Positions 1-8,081 of a stretch of DNA of 64,000 nt are shown here, in pieces. How positions within the stretch are numbered: the stretch's first letter is position 1; every line of letters begins with the position of its first letter. Position numbers and translations under genes: made by a program. The stretch is from assembly GCA_001872735.1 (NCBI GenBank), contig MNWT01000007.1, positions 635 to 64,634 on the forward strand, given 5' to 3'. Under the pieces are notes generated by a model, which was not told the origin of the DNA, ran no database searches, and saw only the letters and a program-made list of their open reading frames with translations. The stretch comes from Verrucomicrobia bacterium CG1_02_43_26. Lineage in GTDB: Bacteria; Verrucomicrobiota; Verrucomicrobiia; Opitutales; CG1-02-43-26.

Positions 1-277
1 GTAACTTTCCAGACGCTCCTCTGCCTCTTAATCCCTTTATTCTTCGCCCGCCAAAGTAACTTTCGTCCACTTCTATTTCTCCTTTAAAAGGAGATTCCAT
101 CTCACAAAACTCAGCGATTCGTTCTCTGATTGCCAATACAATTTTATTGATTGTGTTGCGGCTTAATCGAGTTAATTTTGCTATCTTCGTTGCCTCAATA
201 TCCAGGGCAAAATACCTCACGATTTCACGGAATTTTCCCTCCGAAATTCGCCCACGAACTATGTATTTGTTTCTCAT
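1..277 (-). CDS. IS1595-family (IS1016/ISXO2-like) transposase, N-terminal 92 codons; the remainder lies beyond the window edge
   Basis: Reverse-strand ATG at 277..275. It translates to MRNKYIVRGRISEGKFREIVRYFALDIEATKIAKLTRLSRNTINKIVLAIRERIAEFCEMESPFKGEIEVDESYFGGRRIKGLRGRGASGKL. The HTH region plus the 'EVDESYFGG..KG.RGRGA.GK' motif is typical of this family. It is absent from the ORF track because it runs off the edge. Confidence 0.75.
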   Translation of the reverse strand, partial: MRNKYIVRGRISEGKFREIVRYFALDIEATKIAKLTRLSRNTINKIVLAIRERIAEFCEMESPFKGEIEVDESYFGGRRIKGLRGRGASGKL

Positions 278-363
278 TGATCAGTAATGACTTAATTGAT
301 TTATCCAATCAATTAAGTTGTCCTGACCCTTGAAGTTTTATTACTATAATCACTACAGCCCCC
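1..363 (-). mobile_element. Partial IS element, IS1595 family (IS1016/ISXO2-like group). Only one end and the 5' part of the transposase gene are inside the window.
   Basis: The transposase N-terminus lies on the reverse strand (see CDS 1..277). The reverse strand reads GGGGGCTGTAGTG at 363..351, which resembles the GGGgctg termini I recall for the IS1016 group. An 11-bp perfect hairpin (291-301 / 307-317) lies between that end and the ATG. The outer boundary is inferred. Confidence 0.55.
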
Positions 364-497
364 ATGTCTAAATAAGGTGTTACCACTAAAAGACCCTATG
401 TTCATAGAATAATATAGCATGGTTTGTAAAAAAACCAAGAATCGGTTAGATTTAAGTGGATTATTTTTAGTATTAACAAGTGAAGGAGGCGGAAAAT

Positions 498-507
498 GGG
501 GGGGGGG
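498..507. repeat. Homopolymeric G10 tract (C10 on the minus strand)
   Basis: Directly read: ...tgaAGGAGGcggaaaATGGGGGGGGGGatgagc... The tract starts with the G of an ATG that has an AGGAGG box 6 nt upstream. Confidence 0.95.
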
Positions 508-635
508 ATGAGCTTGGTCAAGTGGCTGTCGTTGCGAGCTAGTTATGGTTTTTGACATTTTGCCCATTAAGAGCGGAATATACATCGTGTTGAATAAGTT
601 TGCGCAGTATTTGAGAAGCCGTTTTTATAAAAGAG

Positions 636-1790
636 ATGACGCAAGTTAGAAAAGTTAAAAACAAGACAGGCGTATTGTTGTACGGTGATTCTGAAAGGGA
701 TGCAGATTTGTTGTATTTGGGAAAACTTTTTGTGCCGGATTCATTTTTGGCGTGCCAAGTGGAAGGTAAGCGACGCGTGTGCTTTTTGAATCAATTGGAA
801 TATGCTCGAGGCGTTAAAGAATCTGATTTTGACGTGGTGTATTCTTTGGAAGATTCATTGAAAGAGACGAGCAGGTTATTTCGGAAGCAAAAAGTTGGGC
901 TAGTGGATCTTGTGAAGTATTTGGCGCACGTGGAAGGGATAAAAGAGTTTGTTGTGCCAGAGCGCTTCCCGGCCGGATTGTATGCGGACTTAAGACGAGC
1001 TCGGGTGGCTGTAAGCATTGTCGATGGGGCGATTTTTCCGAAAAGAGCCGTGAAAAACGAGGCGGAGGCAGCCCTGATAAGAGAAGGGAATAAAGCCAGT
1101 GAGGCGGGTTTTGCGGTTGTTGAAGAGATTTTGCGCGCCTCTAAAGTAAAAGGCAGAACCGTTTACTACAAAGGGAAAGCACTGACTGCTGAGTATTTAA
1201 AATATAGAATAGAAGTGGCTTGCCTGGAACGAGGAGCAGTATCTAGCCATACGATTGTGGCCTGTGGTGATCAAGGCTGTGATCCGCATTGCAGGGGGAG
1301 TGGACCAATTTACGCGAACGAGCTGATCGTTGTGGATATATTTCCACGCGTGACCCATACGGGGTATTATGGGGATATGACGAGAACCTTTTTAAAAGGA
1401 AAAGCAAATGACGGGCAGAAGAAATTAGTACACACCGTTTTAGAAGCTCAGAAATCCGCCATTGCCCTTCTAAAAGCCGGTGTTAGCGGGAAAAAAGTAC
1501 ATGAGGCCGTTGTGCAGTATTTTGAAAAAGCAGGGTATAAGACCGGGGTTATAGACGGTGTACCACAAGGATTTATACACAGTACAGGGCATGGGCTTGG
1601 GCTAGATGTGCATGAGGAGCCACGCTTAGGAAAGACAGGTGGGAAGTTAAAAGCGGGGAATGTCGTGACTGTGGAGCCCGGATTGTATTACCCCGGGTTA
1701 GGCGCTTGCCGGATTGAAGACGTTGTATGGGTTAAGAAAGCAGGTATTGAATTGTTATCCGACTTCCATTACAATTGGAGCATTATTTAA
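636..1790 (+). CDS. M24-family metallopeptidase (Xaa-Pro aminopeptidase/dipeptidase type)
   Basis: 384-aa ORF. All five metal-ligand motifs are present: VVDIFP, GYYGDMTRTF, HSTGHGLGLDVHEEP, VTVEPGLY, CRIEDVV. Confidence 0.9.
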   Translation: MTQVRKVKNKTGVLLYGDSERDADLLYLGKLFVPDSFLACQVEGKRRVCFLNQLEYARGVKESDFDVVYSLEDSLKETSRLFRKQKVGLVDLVKYLAHVEGIKEFVVPERFPAGLYADLRRARVAVSIVDGAIFPKRAVKNEAEAALIREGNKASEAGFAVVEEILRASKVKGRTVYYKGKALTAEYLKYRIEVACLERGAVSSHTIVACGDQGCDPHCRGSGPIYANELIVVDIFPRVTHTGYYGDMTRTFLKGKANDGQKKLVHTVLEAQKSAIALLKAGVSGKKVHEAVVQYFEKAGYKTGVIDGVPQGFIHSTGHGLGLDVHEEPRLGKTGGKLKAGNVVTVEPGLYYPGLGACRIEDVVWVKKAGIELLSDFHYNWSII

Positions 1791-2779
1791 TGAAAGATTT
1801 ATTAGCCAAGATAGAAGGTGTGAGCGCCTTAGTGGTAGGGGACCCGATGCTGGATCATTATATATGGGGGGATTCTGAGCGTATTTCCCCGGAAGCGCCG
1901 GTGCCTGTGATTGACGTGAGCATGGATACCTATGTGGCTGGTGGAGCGGCGAATGTGGCGCTTAATGTTGCGGCACTCAGTAAAAAAACACAGATGGCCG
2001 GATATATTGGGCGAGACGATGCCGGGCTTCGGCTAAGAAGTATTTTGCAAGAGTTTGATGTACGTTATCATCATTGTTATGAAGAAGATCGCCAAGCCTC
2101 TACTATCTTAAAGACCCGTGTAGTGGTGCGCAACCAGCAACTATGCCGATTGGATCGGGAGAGCTCGCCGGCGGAGTATATTATTAATGAAGCGGGGTAT
2201 GAGAAGTATGTTTTACCCTGTTTGGATAATGTTGATGTTGTGATACTGTCTGACTACGCCAAGGGAGTGATCTCTGAGGTGTTTGTGAAAAGACTTATTA
2301 AAGACGCGAAAAGTAAAGGCGTATTTGTAGCAATGGACCCTAAGCCGAAGAGACAGATTGATTTTAGTGGTGTGAGCTTGTTAACCCCTAATCGGGCGGA
2401 ATCGCTGCAATTGGCGGACATTCATTTGAGTAGACATGAATCCTACCCGTATGAGCAAGTATGTAAAAAAATATGGGAGAAATACCACCCCGAGAACCTG
2501 ATTGTGACCCTGGGGGCAGAAGGGATGATGACGAGCCGTGAAGGGAAAGTGATTGATGTCATTCCTACGAAAGTGCGCGAAGTGTTTGATGTTTCCGGTG
2601 CGGGTGATACGGTGATTGCGACACTAGCCTTAGCCTTGGCAGCGGAAGCGGTTCTTGAAGACGCGGCTAATTTGGCAAACGTTGCCGCGGGCGTTGTCGT
2701 AGGTAAACTAGGAACCGCGATTGTGAAGCCACAAGAGATTTTAGCCTATAGTAGTAACAGTAAAGATATAATTGCATGA
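1790..2779 (+). CDS. rfaE1: D-glycero-beta-D-manno-heptose-7-phosphate kinase (RfaE domain I, PfkB family)
   Basis: PfkB/ribokinase-like sequence with a C-terminal DVSGAGDTVIATLALALA motif. The ATG at 1790 overlaps the upstream stop (TAATG). The ORF-track start at 1775 is a TTG. Confidence 0.85.
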   Translation: MKDLLAKIEGVSALVVGDPMLDHYIWGDSERISPEAPVPVIDVSMDTYVAGGAANVALNVAALSKKTQMAGYIGRDDAGLRLRSILQEFDVRYHHCYEEDRQASTILKTRVVVRNQQLCRLDRESSPAEYIINEAGYEKYVLPCLDNVDVVILSDYAKGVISEVFVKRLIKDAKSKGVFVAMDPKPKRQIDFSGVSLLTPNRAESLQLADIHLSRHESYPYEQVCKKIWEKYHPENLIVTLGAEGMMTSREGKVIDVIPTKVREVFDVSGAGDTVIATLALALAAEAVLEDAANLANVAAGVVVGKLGTAIVKPQEILAYSSNSKDIIA

Positions 2780-3339
2780 GTAAGGCACTTTTTTTAGACA
2801 GAGACGGTGTATTGATTTTAGATAAACACTATTTGAGTGACCCCAAGGATGTAGAAGTCGTGCCTGGTGTTGCTGAGGCGCTACGGGAAGCGAAAGCGTT
2901 GGGCTACAAGCTGTTTCTGTTTACTAACCAAAGCGGGATTAGCAGGGGGTATTACACATGGGAGCAAGTGCATGCTTGTAATAGCAGGATGTTGGAATTG
3001 ATGGCATTGGAAGAAAGTATTTTTACAGAATTGTGTATAGCGCCTGAGGCACCCGGAGACCAGATTGTTTACAGAAAACCATCGCCTAAATTTATTTTGG
3101 AGATGATGGAAGCTCACGGGCTAGAACGCAGTGATTGTTGGATGGTGGGTGACAAGATCAGTGATATTGAAGCCGGGCTGCTTGGCGGAATTAATGCCGC
3201 GTGGGTTTCTACCGGAAAGCCCGAGTGTGACCGGATAAAAGCGAAATCGGAACAAGAAACGATTAAATGCTTTGCGGACTTAAGAGAATTTGTGTCGTGG
3301 TTGGCGAGTGTATCCGCGGCTAGGGGCGAGGTGGTTTAA
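2776..3339 (+). CDS. gmhB: D,D-heptose 1,7-bisphosphate phosphatase (HAD-IIIA)
   Basis: FLDRDGVL (DxDG) HAD motif I and GDKISDIEAG motif. ATGA overlap with rfaE1. Confidence 0.85.
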   Translation: MSKALFLDRDGVLILDKHYLSDPKDVEVVPGVAEALREAKALGYKLFLFTNQSGISRGYYTWEQVHACNSRMLELMALEESIFTELCIAPEAPGDQIVYRKPSPKFILEMMEAHGLERSDCWMVGDKISDIEAGLLGGINAAWVSTGKPECDRIKAKSEQETIKCFADLREFVSWLASVSAARGEVV

Positions 3340-3469
3340 TCAATTCAGTTTCTGACTATTCTTTGAACTTTTCGTGACCCGTTTTAACTGATATTTGGGG
3401 TTTTACGGTATCGTTGGTTTTAATTGACTGTTGTGTGTTTTTTATATACAATCTCGTCTTTAAATTATT

Positions 3470-5989
3470 ATGGATAATATACAGCCAAAATCGAATAATA
3501 AAGATAATTATAAATACCAAGAAGGTGAGTCTAGTGGAGTGAATGAGGGAAGCGGAAACCAAGTGGTTTCTCAGGATACATCTTCATCCCCTAAAAGGCG
3601 CTTATTTTCGGAATGTGATGGAGAAGAGAAACCATTGGAGCAACGAAAAATTACAAGTGTACAACGTCAACAAAAAACAAAAGAAGAGCTTTATCAAGAA
3701 GGTCTTAGTAATATAATAGCCGGAAGAAAAGAAGAAGGGTATAAACAGTTGATAGAAAGCGCTGAAAACTTGAACCACCGTGCCCTCGAATTATTGCATA
3801 AGGAATCGCTTGTTTCAAATGGGGGTGTGACTCAGGAAAAAGTGAAATCTGTTGTTGAACAAGTAGAAACGAACAGTTCTGATGGTGCCGATGAGCTCTT
3901 TTTTATTGGATTTTGCTATCTGAACGGTTATGGAGTAAATCAAGATTATGAGCAGGGAGTGATATGTTTAGGTAAAGCCGCTGAGCTTAAACAGGCTGGT
4001 GCGCTTTACGAATTAGGAATGCTCTATTTAGAAGGTAGGTATAACGTTGTAGAAGGTGGGTATGACGTAGAACAAAATATTGAGAAGGGGTTTGGGTATT
4101 TATGTCAAGCCGGTGTGCTTAAACAGGCTGATGCGATTTACGAATTAGGAATTATCTCCCTAGAAGGCAAATATGGCGTAAAAAAGGACATTAATGCGGG
4201 GCTTGGGTGTTTAGGGAGAGCCGCTGAGCTTAAACACGAGGATGCGCCTTACGAATTGGGAATGATCTATCTAAAAGGCAGATATGGCGTAAAAGAGAAC
4301 ATTATTACGGGGATTAAGTACTTAAGGCAAGCCGCTGAGCTTAAACACGAGGATGGGCTTTACGAATTGGGAATGATCTATCTAGAAGGCAAATATGGCG
4401 TAGATAAGAATAGTGATGAAGGGATCAAGTACCTAAGGCAAGCCGCTGCGTATGAAAATGAGGATGTGCTTTACGAATTGGGAATGATCTATCTAGAAGG
4501 CAAATATGGCGTAGATAAGAATAGTGATGAAGGGATCAAGTACCTAAGGCAAGCCGCTGAGTTTGAGTATGAGGATGCAGCTCAAGCATTGATACAGTAC
4601 CTAGAGCAAGCGGGTGAGAAGAAAGATGCTAAAGCATTTTACGAATTGGGAATGATCTATTTAGCAGGCAAATATGGAATAGTTCAAGATACTGACGATG
4701 GGGTCTATTATATAAAACAAGCTGCTGCGCTTGAAGGCGAGAATGAGGATGCTATGTTAATCAAGTATCTAGAGCAAGCCGGTGAGCTTGAAAATGGATA
4801 TGCGCTTTACGAATTGGGAATGATCTATCTAGAAGGCAAATATGGTGTAAGGCAACATATTGAAAAGGGGATTAAGTACCTAGAGCAAGCTGGTGAGCTT
4901 GAAAATGAGCATGCGCTTTACGAATTGGGAATGATCTCTCTAGAAGGCAAATATGGCGTAGAAAAAAATATTTCTACAGGAGTGGAGTACTTGGTGAATA
5001 GCTTTAATAGCGGTGGTGTTGTAACAATAGAGGATGATGAAATTGCGTGCTATTTCCTTGGGAAGAGCCTGCTAGAAGGTGCGAAGGGCAATCAGGAAGA
5101 AATAGATTTGGGTGTTAGATTCCTTGAAATAGCTGTTAAGCTCGGTGAGCTGAGGGCACAGTTTCTTTTGGGGATTTATTACCTGGAAGGGGTGCATGGT
5201 ATAGAACAAGATATACCTGAAGGATTGGAGTGCTTGGGAAATGCTATTGATGGCAATAACGCACAGGTACTTAAGGAATTCAATATCAAGTACGTGTTAG
5301 GTGATTCTAGTATAGGAGAAGAGGAAGAGATTGAAAAAAGTTTGTTATCTCTGGAAGAAAAAGCTAACAAGCAGAAAGATCTATTTGCGCTCAGTTTCCT
5401 CGGGATACTTTATTTGACAGAACAATATGGTGAAGGGAAAAAACCGGAAGGCTTGAAATATTTATATGAATTGATAGGTGTTATTGGGAAAGAAGCCTTT
5501 TCATCTCTAATGGATGGTATGCCGGATTATTGGTCTGTTATATGTAGGACCATTGATGATCTAGAAAATCTAAAAGAAGGAGAAGTCTATCTCACGTATG
5601 AAGGTTGGTTAAGTCAGTTCGGTTATACAACTGAAGGTTTAGACAAAATAGAAGAAGAAATCTCAGATGAGAAAATACGGCAAGTTGCGAATTTTACAGT
5701 TGGAATGACAGGCTTTTCCAGCGATCAGATGCAGGATTCAAAACTACTGTACTCATACTTGCTCTTGGAACGATACAATGAGCTTAAGGAGAAAAAGATT
5801 AACCAGAAAGAATTACATTCTATTCTTGAGGACCTTTACCCTTCTATGGATGATGAGGATTTTGATTATGAGAAAGAGTTAGAGGAATTGAAAAAGCAGC
5901 AGGAGCTAATGATCAAAGAAAAGAGGGAAGAGGCGAAGTTGAAATTACAGGCAGAAAAAAAGGAGAGCGGTCGTAGTAGTGAAAATTAA
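3470..5989 (+). CDS. Sel1-like repeat (SLR/TPR-related) protein, 839 aa, with a non-repeat coiled-coil C-terminal region
   Basis: At least 8 clear repeats of the form 'A.YELGMIYLEGKYGV.KN...G.KYL.QAAEL', plus about 4 degenerate ones. Polar N-terminus with no signal peptide. K/E-rich C-terminal tail. Confidence 0.9.
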   Translation: MDNIQPKSNNKDNYKYQEGESSGVNEGSGNQVVSQDTSSSPKRRLFSECDGEEKPLEQRKITSVQRQQKTKEELYQEGLSNIIAGRKEEGYKQLIESAENLNHRALELLHKESLVSNGGVTQEKVKSVVEQVETNSSDGADELFFIGFCYLNGYGVNQDYEQGVICLGKAAELKQAGALYELGMLYLEGRYNVVEGGYDVEQNIEKGFGYLCQAGVLKQADAIYELGIISLEGKYGVKKDINAGLGCLGRAAELKHEDAPYELGMIYLKGRYGVKENIITGIKYLRQAAELKHEDGLYELGMIYLEGKYGVDKNSDEGIKYLRQAAAYENEDVLYELGMIYLEGKYGVDKNSDEGIKYLRQAAEFEYEDAAQALIQYLEQAGEKKDAKAFYELGMIYLAGKYGIVQDTDDGVYYIKQAAALEGENEDAMLIKYLEQAGELENGYALYELGMIYLEGKYGVRQHIEKGIKYLEQAGELENEHALYELGMISLEGKYGVEKNISTGVEYLVNSFNSGGVVTIEDDEIACYFLGKSLLEGAKGNQEEIDLGVRFLEIAVKLGELRAQFLLGIYYLEGVHGIEQDIPEGLECLGNAIDGNNAQVLKEFNIKYVLGDSSIGEEEEIEKSLLSLEEKANKQKDLFALSFLGILYLTEQYGEGKKPEGLKYLYELIGVIGKEAFSSLMDGMPDYWSVICRTIDDLENLKEGEVYLTYEGWLSQFGYTTEGLDKIEEEISDEKIRQVANFTVGMTGFSSDQMQDSKLLYSYLLLERYNELKEKKINQKELHSILEDLYPSMDDEDFDYEKELEELKKQQELMIKEKREEAKLKLQAEKKESGRSSEN
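4220..4559 (+). repeat. Three consecutive 111-nt (37-codon) tandem units inside the Sel1 gene
   Basis: Units start at 4220, 4331 and 4442, and the next at 4553. Positions 4357-4448 are identical to 4468-4559 (92 nt). With one mismatch the match is 100 nt (4349-4448 vs 4460-4559). Confidence 0.95.
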
Positions 5990-6054
5990 TGCCGTGGACT
6001 AGATTTTCTGAATGAGGCGGAATTATTTCAATTCGTTGAAGAATGTTATTCTGA

Positions 6055-6099
6055 GCTTTGATTGGCTGTGTTTGGTTATGGCCGATCAAAGCTTTTTTT
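6055..6099 (+). terminator. Rho-independent terminator after the Sel1 gene
   Basis: 12-bp stem with one G-U pair (gctttgattggc 6055-6066 / gccgatcaaagc 6081-6092), followed by T7 (6093-6099). Confidence 0.75.
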
Positions 6100-6164
6100 A
6101 GAAAAGTATCTGGAGGAGCTGGATACTCCTAAGTGTGTGCGGCCTGAATCTTGAAAACTTCTAC

Positions 6165-7928
6165 TTACATCTTCTTTAGTGTTTCGAGACCCAGGAGGTG
6201 AAGGCCTGTTTCGAGAACACTTAACGTGCGAGCGCAGAGAAGGAGGCGACGGGATTTGACGGTATTGTCTTCTACGATAACTTTATCTGCGTTGTAGAAA
6301 GAAGAGAAGCAGCCTGCGAGCTCAAACAAATAGGTGCAAATAAAGTGAGGACGAAAGTCTGCGATGGCCTGTTGTAGCGCAATGGGGAAGTTGAGCAGTT
6401 TTCTGGCCAGCTCGATCTCCTTTTCTGTTTCGAAAGGAGAAGCGGCATCTTCGAAATCACCTGGAGTGAGATCAAGTTTGCGGAAAATGGAATAAATACG
6501 CGCGATGGCGTAGAGCAAGTAAGGGGCAGTATTACCATCAAAAGATAGCAGTTTTTCCCAACTAAAGACGTAATCGTGCGTGCGGTTTTGGGAGAGATCT
6601 GCATAGCGAAGAGCGCCGATGCCGACAACTTTAGCTACCTTATGTCTTTCGTCTTCTGAGAGATCCGGGTTTTTTTCCGTTACGACTGCGAAAGCGCGAT
6701 CGATGGCTTCCTTGACGAGTTCCTTGAGTTTTATGGATTTACCCGCGCGCGTTTTGATGGCCTTACCGTCTTCACCCAATATACTCCCAAACCACGTGTG
6801 GTGGTACTTGGGAAGGTTTGTGTAGCCCATGGCGTTGAACCATTTTTCTGCGGTGAGGTATAGGTATTTAAAATGATCCTGTTGGCGACCATCTGTGACG
6901 TAGACCATTTCGTCTGCGTGCAGCTCGTTTGCGTGGTGGAGAATGGTGGCGAGGTCTGTTGAAGCGTAGTTAGACGCACCATCTGTTTTACGGACGATGA
7001 ACGGGTAGTCATCCTGATCCTCTCTGGGGTGGAAGACTACGAGAGCGCCCTCACTTTCGACCGCGACACCGGTTTCCTCTAATTCCTTGTAAATACGGTC
7101 AACATCGTTACGGTAGCAAGATTCGCCCATCACGATATCGAATTTCACGTTAAACGCGTTGTAAATCTCTTCGAAAGCCTTATAGGAAACATCATTAATT
7201 TTCTGCCAGATGGCGAGGTAATGCTCATCGCCCTTTTGCAGCTTAACCAGAGCCTGGTGGGCTTCAGCTTTTGCTGAAGGATCTTCGTTGAAAAGAGCGG
7301 TGCCCCTTTGGTAGATACCCTCAAGGTCTTCAAGGACATCGGCGTGAGGGGAATTTAAATCATAGTTAAAACGATGTATGGCCATGATGAGGATGCCGAA
7401 TTGGGTACCCCAGTCGCCGATATGGTTATCTCCGATGACCCTGGCGCCACAGAAAGAGAGGAGACGCTTAAGGGCTTCCCCGATGACCATAGAGCGCAAG
7501 TGGCCGACATGCATTTGCTTGGCGGTGTTTGGGGAAGAGTAATCTATGGTGATGGTTTTGCCCTTATGGAAAGAACCCGCGGCGTGTTTGAAATCCGCCT
7601 CTGTTTTGTATTTCCTTAACCAAGTAAACAAGGCGAGAGGGGAGAGCTTAAAGTTGATAAAACCCGGGCCAGCGATATCGAATTGTACGACGTTATCCGG
7701 AAAAGTATTATGAGCCTTAAAGGCGTTGACTAATTCTGTGGCGAGCTCTCGAGGATTTTTCTTTACTGATTTTGCGAAAGGAAGGACTCCATTGGCTTGG
7801 AAATCGCCGAAACGAGGATCAGCCGGCTTGACATCCGGAGAGAACGAACTATCAAACGAATCGAGCTGGGAAGCAACAAATTTAATTTTATTTTCTAAAT
7901 CTTCGGCAATATTAAAGTCTACAGGCAT
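6165..7928 (-). CDS. argS: Arginine--tRNA ligase
   Basis: Class I aaRS with the 'SSPNTAKQMHVGHLRS' HIGH region and an ArgRS-type anticodon-binding C-terminus. The likely start is MPVDFN at 7928. The ORF also extends upstream to 7967. Confidence 0.93.
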   Translation of the reverse strand: MPVDFNIAEDLENKIKFVASQLDSFDSSFSPDVKPADPRFGDFQANGVLPFAKSVKKNPRELATELVNAFKAHNTFPDNVVQFDIAGPGFINFKLSPLALFTWLRKYKTEADFKHAAGSFHKGKTITIDYSSPNTAKQMHVGHLRSMVIGEALKRLLSFCGARVIGDNHIGDWGTQFGILIMAIHRFNYDLNSPHADVLEDLEGIYQRGTALFNEDPSAKAEAHQALVKLQKGDEHYLAIWQKINDVSYKAFEEIYNAFNVKFDIVMGESCYRNDVDRIYKELEETGVAVESEGALVVFHPREDQDDYPFIVRKTDGASNYASTDLATILHHANELHADEMVYVTDGRQQDHFKYLYLTAEKWFNAMGYTNLPKYHHTWFGSILGEDGKAIKTRAGKSIKLKELVKEAIDRAFAVVTEKNPDLSEDERHKVAKVVGIGALRYADLSQNRTHDYVFSWEKLLSFDGNTAPYLLYAIARIYSIFRKLDLTPGDFEDAASPFETEKEIELARKLLNFPIALQQAIADFRPHFICTYLFELAGCFSSFYNADKVIVEDNTVKSRRLLLCARTLSVLETGLHLLGLETLKKM

Positions 7929-8081
7929 AGATTTATAAGAGAATGTGAATAAAGGGATTAGGGTCAATATTTAAATGTGTTAAAATGAACTCAATCACAG
8001 ATTAACAATTTAAGCTGGACTAATAAGGCATTATAAGCTTTAATACTGAGAGTTCCTAAATTTCACCGTTTAAAAATTCTT

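Noticed and set aside
151-585. ORF-track entries 151..333 (+, 60 aa) and 313..585 (-, 90 aa) near the IS end
   Set aside because: The first is antisense to the clearly recognisable transposase N-terminus. The second is a low-complexity read-through of the C10 tract (..HPPPHFPPP..) with no start context or recognisable domain. Both look like chance ORFs.
3970-4990. Regular periodic repeats that could be mistaken for a CRISPR-like or satellite array
   Set aside because: The 111-nt period is in frame within one long ORF. It encodes Sel1 repeats with conserved structural residues. There are no unique spacers of constant length between short repeats.
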